24,888 nucleotides of DNA, taken from positions 1 through 24,888 of the forward strand of contig JANOOU010000068.1 of NCBI GenBank assembly GCA_031421475.1. Direction: 5' to 3'. Below the pieces are notes generated by a model, which saw only the letters and a list, made by a program, of their open reading frames with translations, ran no database searches and was not told the origin of the DNA. The DNA comes from Gammaproteobacteria bacterium (lineage in GTDB: Bacteria > Pseudomonadota > Gammaproteobacteria > SZUA-229). Position numbers and translations under genes: made by a program. Positions 18,978 through 24,888 of this stretch are shown here, in pieces (position 1 is the stretch's first letter; each line of letters begins with the position of its first letter).

Positions 18978-21236
18978 ATGGAAACGCTCAGGATGTCGTT
19001 AAATCACCGCTTCAAACATGTTGTCGCAGCACTTGGCCTGTTACTGCTGTGGCAGACATCCGCCCTGGCTGAAGACCGTATTACGCTGAATTTAAAAGAA
19101 GCCGACATCCGCGCATTGATCAGCACGGTTTCAAAATTTACCGGCAAAAACTTCATTATTGACCCGCGCGTAAAAGCCAATGTCACCGTGGTGTCATCCA
19201 AAACCATGTCCAGTGCCGAGGTGTATCAAGTATTTTTGTCGGTATTACAGGTACATGGTTTTGCCGCCATACCGATGGGCAACATCATCAAAATCGTACC
19301 AGAAGCCAACGCCAAATCCATGCCGACTCTCACACGCGGTTCGGGCGATGACCTAGTAACCCGGGTTTTAACCATGGATCATGTAGCCGCTGCACAGCTG
19401 GTGCCAATATTGCGCCCGCTGGTACCGCAACAGGGGCATCTCGCTGCCTACAATCCCAGCAACACACTCATCATTACCGATTACGCTGCCAATATTTCAC
19501 GCCTGCAAGCCATCATTGCCGCTATTGATAAAGAAGATACCGGTGAGCTGGAAATCATTCACCTAAAACACGCTTCAGCAGTAGAGCTGGTGCGTATTAT
19601 CACCGCACTCAAGGGCACGGCACCCAAGGCACCGGACTCCGGCAGTGTCTTGTCACTCGCTGCCGATGAACGCACTAACAGCATTTTACTGAACGGCGAG
19701 CGCTCTGATCGCATCCGTGTACGCGCCACCATCGCGCAGTTGGATACACCCACCACTAACGATACTGGCAATACCAACGTTATCTATCTTAAGTACGCCA
19801 AAGCGGAGGACATGCTGAAAGTACTCACCGGCGTACAAAAAGGCGCCGAAAAAAATCAGCCCAAAGCAGCCGTAGCCGCACCTGCAGAGCGTCAGGATTT
19901 TGATATTCAAGCCGATAGCGCAACCAATGCTCTGATCATCACCGCCGGCCCGGATGTGATGCAACGTATGCGTAACATTATTCGCCAGCTTGATATACGT
20001 CGCGCCCAGGTATTAATTGAATCCATTATTGCTGAAATTTCCGAAAGTAAAACCAAGGACTACAGCTCCCAATTTGTGATTGCAGGCAATAGAAGCGCGA
20101 CCGGATCAACACCTATAGGTGTCTCCAACTTCGGTGGCAGCAACGGCATTATCGGTTTATTCAGTGGTAATCCGACCAATATTGCCGGCTCGATCGGCAA
20201 TGGCATGACCATTGGTGTCGGCTCCAACAGTGGCACACGATTCGGTTTTTTATTACGCGCGCTTAATGCCGATGCATCCACCAATATTTTATCAACACCC
20301 AGCATCGTGACACTGGATAACGAAGAAGCCCAAATTGTTGTGGGCCAGAACGTTCCCTTTTTAACCGGCTCGTTCACCAACACCGGCGCCGGCAGCGGAT
20401 CAACCAATCCGTTTCAAACCATTGAGCGTAAAGATGTCGGCATTACTCTAAAAGTGACGCCACAAGTCAATGACGGTGACACCATCAAACTCAGTATTGA
20501 TCAGGAAATTTCCGACATCATTGCCAGCCCCACTGGAGCCAGCGACATCAGCACCAGCAAACGTACACTTAAAACAACGGTGCTCGTTGAGAACGGAGAG
20601 ATCCTGGTACTCGGTGGATTAATCGACGAGAAAATGCTCGACAGCGAACAAAAAGTACCTTTACTTGGCGACATACCTTTGCTCGGGTCCCTATTCCGCT
20701 CACATTCCACATCCAAGACAAAACAAAACCTGATGATATTCATGCGCCCCAGTTTGTTACCTGACAGCCAGACTGCACAGCAACATACCAGTGAAAAATA
20801 CAATTATCTGCGCGCACAACAAATGCAGGCAGGCGAAGACGGTTATGGTCTGTTTGGCACAGCTGAAATGCCGCTGTTACCCGAACACGTTCCCGCACCG
20901 ATAAAACCCAAAGCTGAAACACCGGCTGATACCATGGATGCACCGGTCACTACAAACAGCACTTCACCTGCAACACCGGTTATTGTGCCTGCCATACCAG
21001 TTATGGCGCCAGACGCTGAAACATCCGGCACGGCAACAACAGAATCGACAACACCTGTTACAACCGACAACACCGATATTCAAACCCAATCTATCACGCC
21101 CGCCGCAAACACAACGCCGGGCAACACGACGGCAACGGCAACAGAAACGATTCCAACTGAACCGGCTGCCGACAGCGAGCAGTCCACCATACCACCACCT
21201 GCCAGCAATCATGACCAACCTGCAGCTGATAATTGA
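18978..21236 (+). CDS. gspD: Type II secretion secretin GspD
   Basis: Signal peptide, N0 (LNLKEADI, NFIIDPRV), N1-N3 repeats, secretin core (AQVLIESIIAE, ERKDVGI.LKVTPQ, KVPLLGDIPLLG.LF), S-domain, and a long T/P/A-rich tail. Confidence 0.96.
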   Translation: METLRMSLNHRFKHVVAALGLLLLWQTSALAEDRITLNLKEADIRALISTVSKFTGKNFIIDPRVKANVTVVSSKTMSSAEVYQVFLSVLQVHGFAAIPMGNIIKIVPEANAKSMPTLTRGSGDDLVTRVLTMDHVAAAQLVPILRPLVPQQGHLAAYNPSNTLIITDYAANISRLQAIIAAIDKEDTGELEIIHLKHASAVELVRIITALKGTAPKAPDSGSVLSLAADERTNSILLNGERSDRIRVRATIAQLDTPTTNDTGNTNVIYLKYAKAEDMLKVLTGVQKGAEKNQPKAAVAAPAERQDFDIQADSATNALIITAGPDVMQRMRNIIRQLDIRRAQVLIESIIAEISESKTKDYSSQFVIAGNRSATGSTPIGVSNFGGSNGIIGLFSGNPTNIAGSIGNGMTIGVGSNSGTRFGFLLRALNADASTNILSTPSIVTLDNEEAQIVVGQNVPFLTGSFTNTGAGSGSTNPFQTIERKDVGITLKVTPQVNDGDTIKLSIDQEISDIIASPTGASDISTSKRTLKTTVLVENGEILVLGGLIDEKMLDSEQKVPLLGDIPLLGSLFRSHSTSKTKQNLMIFMRPSLLPDSQTAQQHTSEKYNYLRAQQMQAGEDGYGLFGTAEMPLLPEHVPAPIKPKAETPADTMDAPVTTNSTSPATPVIVPAIPVMAPDAETSGTATTESTTPVTTDNTDIQTQSITPAANTTPGNTTATATETIPTEPAADSEQSTIPPPASNHDQPAADN

Positions 21237-22725
21237 ACCCGAAACGGCGCAACCCCTGACTGCGCAAAGCCTGCCTTACGCCTTTGCAAAACGTCACGGC
21301 GTGCTGATTGGCCAACTGGATTCGGTGCAGGCGCAACTGATGTATCGCGATGCGCCCAATCCACAAATCATCAGCGAAGTCCGACGCATTTTTGCGCGGC
21401 CGTTACAACTATCAGCAACCACTGCTGAACAATTTGAAGCGCTATTGGCACAAACCTACGAAACCAATTCCGGCCAGACCATGGCGATGATGGAAGATGT
21501 CAGTGAAGAACTGGATCTTGATCAGCTGGTTGAAACCATCGAACCCGAAGACTTGATGGAATCACAGGACGATGCGCCGATTATTCGCCTGATCAATGCT
21601 CTACTGACTGAAGCCATCAAAATCAACGCATCGGATATACACATTGAATCCTTCGAAAATCGCATGCGCATACGGTTTCGTGTTGACGGTGTGTTGCGCG
21701 AAATTTTACAGCCACCTAAAAATATTGCACCGCTGGTAATCTCACGTGTAAAAGTGATGGCGAAACTTGATATTGCTGAAAAACGTCTGCCACAAGACGG
21801 ACGTATTTCACTTAAAGTGGCGGGTCGCTCGGTGGATGTGCGTGTGTCCACCCTGCCCGCTGGCCACGGCGAACGAATTGTATTGCGTTTACTCGATAAA
21901 CAGGCTGGCCGACTCGATTTGCAACATCTGGGCATGGCCGAAAATGATCGTGATCTTTTACACAAATTATTGCACCGCCCGCATGGCATTATTCTTGTTA
22001 CCGGCCCCACCGGCTCCGGTAAAACCACCACCCTGTATGCCGGCCTGACACGCCTAAACGACAAAAGTCGCAACATACTCACGGTTGAAGATCCCATCGA
22101 ATACTACCTTGATGGCATCGGCCAGACGCAAGTCAACACACGTGTTGAAATGACATTCGCACGCGGCTTGCGCGCCATTTTGCGCCAGGATCCGGATATC
22201 GTCATGATCGGAGAAATTCGCGATCTCGAAACCGCCGCTATTGCGGTGCAAGCATCCCTCACAGGTCATTTAGTGTTATCCACCCTGCACACCAACACTG
22301 CCATCGGCGCCGTCACACGTTTACGCGACATGGGTGTTGAACCGTTTTTACTGGCCTCCAGTTTAATTGGCGTACTGGCGCAACGACTGGTCAGAAAACT
22401 GTGCCCGCATTGCAAAACACCACACACCGCCAGCCATACCGAATGCGACTGGCTGGGAGTCGATAGCGCCACACCACCCACTATTTATCAGCCCGCCAGT
22501 TGCGATCAATGCAATCACCTGGGTTATCACGGCCGCACTGGCGTTTATGAATTTATTAATGTTGACGGCAAACTGCAAGGCCTGATACATGACGGCGCCG
22601 GTGAACAGGAAATGGAAAAATATTCACGCCAGTTTTCAAAAAGCTTACGGCAGGATGGACAGCGATTGGTGTTGGCGGGGATGACGGCATTGGAGGAGGT
22701 TTTGCGGGTGACGAAGGAGGATTAA
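21211..22725 (+). CDS. gspE: Type II secretion ATPase GspE
   Basis: Likely start MTNLQL at 21211 (504 aa), overlapping the gspD stop by 26 nt. ASDIHIE, GPTGSGKT, LRQDPD, TGHLVLSTLH and the zinc motif CPHC...CDQC. Confidence 0.96.
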   Translation: MTNLQLIIEPETAQPLTAQSLPYAFAKRHGVLIGQLDSVQAQLMYRDAPNPQIISEVRRIFARPLQLSATTAEQFEALLAQTYETNSGQTMAMMEDVSEELDLDQLVETIEPEDLMESQDDAPIIRLINALLTEAIKINASDIHIESFENRMRIRFRVDGVLREILQPPKNIAPLVISRVKVMAKLDIAEKRLPQDGRISLKVAGRSVDVRVSTLPAGHGERIVLRLLDKQAGRLDLQHLGMAENDRDLLHKLLHRPHGIILVTGPTGSGKTTTLYAGLTRLNDKSRNILTVEDPIEYYLDGIGQTQVNTRVEMTFARGLRAILRQDPDIVMIGEIRDLETAAIAVQASLTGHLVLSTLHTNTAIGAVTRLRDMGVEPFLLASSLIGVLAQRLVRKLCPHCKTPHTASHTECDWLGVDSATPPTIYQPASCDQCNHLGYHGRTGVYEFINVDGKLQGLIHDGAGEQEMEKYSRQFSKSLRQDGQRLVLAGMTALEEVLRVTKED

Positions 22726-22782
22726 TTTCTTGGGTGTGATGTGGATTGTTTACTGTATTTGCAGTTTGCGCTGAAAATTTTA

Positions 22783-22943
22783 TTTCGCCCTCGCTGGGCG
22801 AGTAACTTTCTTTGCTTGTGCAAAGAAAGTCACCAAAGAAACACCCCCCACGCCGTTTACCCCTTCGGGGTCCCCGAAGGGGTAAACGGCTAATGGGACT
22901 AACATCAAAAGCAACAGCAAAAGAAAAAAGCAAAGCTAAAGCC
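22783..22943 (+). repeat. Short (internally deleted) copy of a dispersed palindromic repeat family
   Basis: TTTCGCC...GCGAGTAACTTTCTTTGCTTGTGCAAAGAAAGTCACCAAAGAAACACCCC, then a perfect 19-bp palindrome (22852-22890) and a CATCAAAAGCAACAGCAAAA tail. Homologous to the reverse complement of 23273-23601. Confidence 0.75.
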
Positions 22944-22953
22944 TTGCAATTTT

Positions 22954-22985
22954 CGTAGGTGCGATTAGCGCAGCGTAATCGCACG
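22954..22985 (+). repeat. GTAG-class REP singlet
   Basis: GTAG precedes the hairpin GTGCGATTA-GCGCAGCG-TAATCGCAC, whose stem shares the G of GTAG (9-bp perfect stem). Confidence 0.8.
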
Positions 22986-23025
22986 AAAGTGAATGCATTA
23001 AAAACGTTATGCCTGCAAAACAGTT

Positions 23026-23157
23026 GCGTAGGGCGTATTAGGCGTAAGCCGTAATGCGCCGAATGGGAACAGCGTGATATAGGTGGGTTTTTAAAAGTGA
23101 TAGTAGTCAAGTCAATAATCATTCGGCGTAATGCCCTTCGGTTATTACGCCCTACGC
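23026..23157. repeat. REPIN: two inverted GTAG-class REPs
   Basis: GCGTAGGGCGTATTAGGCGTAAGCCGTAATGCGCCGAATG (23026-23065) and an inverted partner at 23120-23157 (reverse complement GCGTAGGGCGTAATAACCGAAGGGCATTACGCCGAATG), with a 54-nt spacer. Confidence 0.82.
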
Positions 23158-23272
23158 TTGCTGTTCGGTAAACGGCTAATGGGACTAACATCAAAAGCAA
23201 CAGAAAAAGCGAAAGACTTATGCAGTAATTGAATAACGTATTGTCTTACCGAAGGAAACCATTCTTTAATTA

Positions 23273-23601
23273 TTGCTTTTAGTTTTGGTTTTTGCAGTTT
23301 CTTTTGATGCTGTATGCCCCTTGAGCGTTGCCTCGCCGAGTGGCTTTTGCCACGGCAAAATGGCTCTGGATGGCCAGTTTAGTTTTGATAAGCCAGGACG
23401 GCGCATCAAAACGGCCTTGAAGCAAAAGACGCTCTGCGAGGGAAGCCCGAAGGACCAACATGACTGGGGTGTGTTTTCTTGGTTACTTCTTTTGCACAAG
23501 CAAAAGACAAAATCGCCGGGAGCGATTTTGAATTCGCGTAGGCGAACCCGAAGGGCGAACGCCAGGGAGGGTGTTCGTAACTGACTCGCCAGCAGGCGAA
23601 A
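23273..23601 (-). repeat. Long copy of the dispersed repeat family, inverted, with a 69-bp nested insert
   Basis: Reverse complement reads TTTCGCCTGCTGGCGAGTCAGTTAC[insert]TCTTTTGCTTGTGCAAAAGAAGTAACCAAGAAAACACACCCC...CCTTCGGGCTTCCC...GCATCAAAAGAAACTGCAAAAA. The insert spans 23508-23576. Confidence 0.7.
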
Positions 23602-23650
23602 AATGGATTTTCAAAGCCAGAAAAAATTGCAGCGAATATTCATAACTCTA

Positions 23651-23678
23651 TGCATTCCCACGCAGAACGTGGGAACGA
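23651..23678. repeat. REP-like hairpin
   Basis: TGCA-TTCCCACG-CAGAA-CGTGGGAA-CGA (8-bp perfect stem). Resembles a dispersed repeat type I recall from gammaproteobacteria. Confidence 0.6.
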
Positions 23679-23748
23679 GAAAATAAAGCTAACAAATAAC
23701 GATGCTCAATCAGTAAACAATACAAATTTAACGAAACGTAAAATAACT

Positions 23749-24888
23749 ATGGCCGCATTTGAATACACCGTCCTCGACGAAAAAGGTAACGAAAAAAAAG
23801 GCGTAATCGAAAGCGATTCGCCGCGTCAAGCGCGCGCATTATTACGCGAACGTGGACTCATGCCGATCAATATCGACAGCGCTGCCACCCAGGACCGCAA
23901 ACAAATATCCGGTAGCAAACCGGTTAGTAAACGTGGCATCAGCGCCACCGATCTCGCCTTGTTCACGCGCCAGATCGCCACATTGGTACGGGCTGCCTTG
24001 CCACTGGATGAGGCCTTATCTGCCGTCGGACAACAAACAGAAAAAGCACGTATTCAAAGCATGATTTTTGCTATTCGTGCACGTGTACTGGAAGGTCACA
24101 CCTTGGCAACAGGACTGGGGGATTTTCCACGCGTGTTTCCCGAACTGTATCGCGCAACCGTTGCAGCCGGCGAACAATCCGGACATTTGGATACAGTACT
24201 TGATCGACTGGCTGATTACGCAGAATCGCGGCAGCAAATGAATGCCAAAATTACGCAGGCATCGGTATACCCGGCAATACTAACCTTCGTTGCACTCATG
24301 GTTGTTGGCGGGTTATTAGTATTTGTCGTACCAAAAATTGTTGCCGTGTTTGAAACATCAGGACAAGACTTGCCCGTATTAACGCGCATCATGATTAGCC
24401 TGAGTGAATTTTTACAGGCCTGGTGGTGGCTATTGGCCATCGCGGCCAGTGCAGGTACGTTTGCTTTGAAAAAGTTTTTGCAAATTCCATTTAATAAATC
24501 GCGTTATCACTTGTTACTACTGCGAATACCGGTAGTGGGTCGTTTGGTACGTGGCGTTAACAGTGCACGCTTTGCCCGCACTTTCAGCATTCTGATTGCC
24601 AGTGGTATACCGGCGGTAGAGGCACTGAAGTTATCTGCACCGGTTATCACCAACATGCCCATGCGTGCGGCCGTTGATGATGCCGCCAGCCGCGTGCGCG
24701 AAGGCTCCAGCATTTATAGCGCATTACAGCGCAGCAAATTATTTCCTCCCATGACACTGCATTTAATTGCCAGTGGTGAGCGCAGCGGTAACTTGCAAGA
24801 CATGCTGGAAAAAGCAGCACAACAACAGGAACGTGAACTCGAAACTTTAATCGCCACGTTTATGGGATTATTTGAACCCCTGTTGATT
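23749..24888 (+). CDS. gspF: Type II secretion inner-membrane platform protein GspF (3'-truncated; missed by the ORF track)
   Basis: ATG at 23749 reads MAAFEYTVLDEKGNEKKGVIESDSPRQARALLRERGL, then FTRQIATLVRAALPLDEAL, VAAGEQSGHLD, IASGERSGNLQDML and FEPLLI. No stop codon before the window end. Confidence 0.95.
   Translation, partial: MAAFEYTVLDEKGNEKKGVIESDSPRQARALLRERGLMPINIDSAATQDRKQISGSKPVSKRGISATDLALFTRQIATLVRAALPLDEALSAVGQQTEKARIQSMIFAIRARVLEGHTLATGLGDFPRVFPELYRATVAAGEQSGHLDTVLDRLADYAESRQQMNAKITQASVYPAILTFVALMVVGGLLVFVVPKIVAVFETSGQDLPVLTRIMISLSEFLQAWWWLLAIAASAGTFALKKFLQIPFNKSRYHLLLLRIPVVGRLVRGVNSARFARTFSILIASGIPAVEALKLSAPVITNMPMRAAVDDAASRVREGSSIYSALQRSKLFPPMTLHLIASGERSGNLQDMLEKAAQQQERELETLIATFMGLFEPLLI

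Noticed and set aside
20938-21210. 91-codon N-terminal extension of the GspE ORF (595 aa in the track)
   Set aside because: It overlaps the gspD tail in another frame and is not protein-like. GspE homology begins after the ATG at 21211.
22556-23584. ORFs of 214, 103, 77 and 60 aa in the gspE-gspF spacer as a possible transposase or toxin
   Set aside because: They are translations of repeat DNA with no HUH, DDE or other motifs.
22726-23748. Possible CRISPR array, retron or group II intron
   Set aside because: There are no regularly spaced identical repeats with unique spacers (the 37-mer occurs only twice), no cas or RT gene, and no recognisable intron domain V.

Overview
Chromosomal window from a gammaproteobacterium-like genome, mostly core envelope, pilus and secretion genes. 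In order: a 5'-truncated bacterial alpha-2-macroglobulin with pbpC; a ~3.6 kb accessory patch; pilU2-pilU-pilT divergent from yggS-proC-yggT; a DsbD_2/TauE-like membrane protein; an HU-like protein with a PAKK-rich tail; and a type II secretion operon gspC-D-E-F (gspF runs off the window). The accessory patch holds a REP-like doublet, a class-3 lipase broken by a single-base frameshift at its catalytic GHSMG motif, a DUF6795-like small protein, and a DUF1444-like protein with a strong sigma70 promoter. The intergenic DNA is rich in non-autonomous elements. Two TA-flanked MITEs each supply the last base of a stop codon (proC, gspC), and a related one-ended remnant lies after pilT. A ~1 kb nest of several repeat families separates gspE from gspF. 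I see no rRNA, tRNA, CRISPR array, transposase or integrase. The best candidates for undescribed biology are the orphan lipase/DUF6795 putative effector-immunity pair and the stop-codon MITE and REP architecture inside the operons. Family assignments come from motif recognition only; no database search was run.
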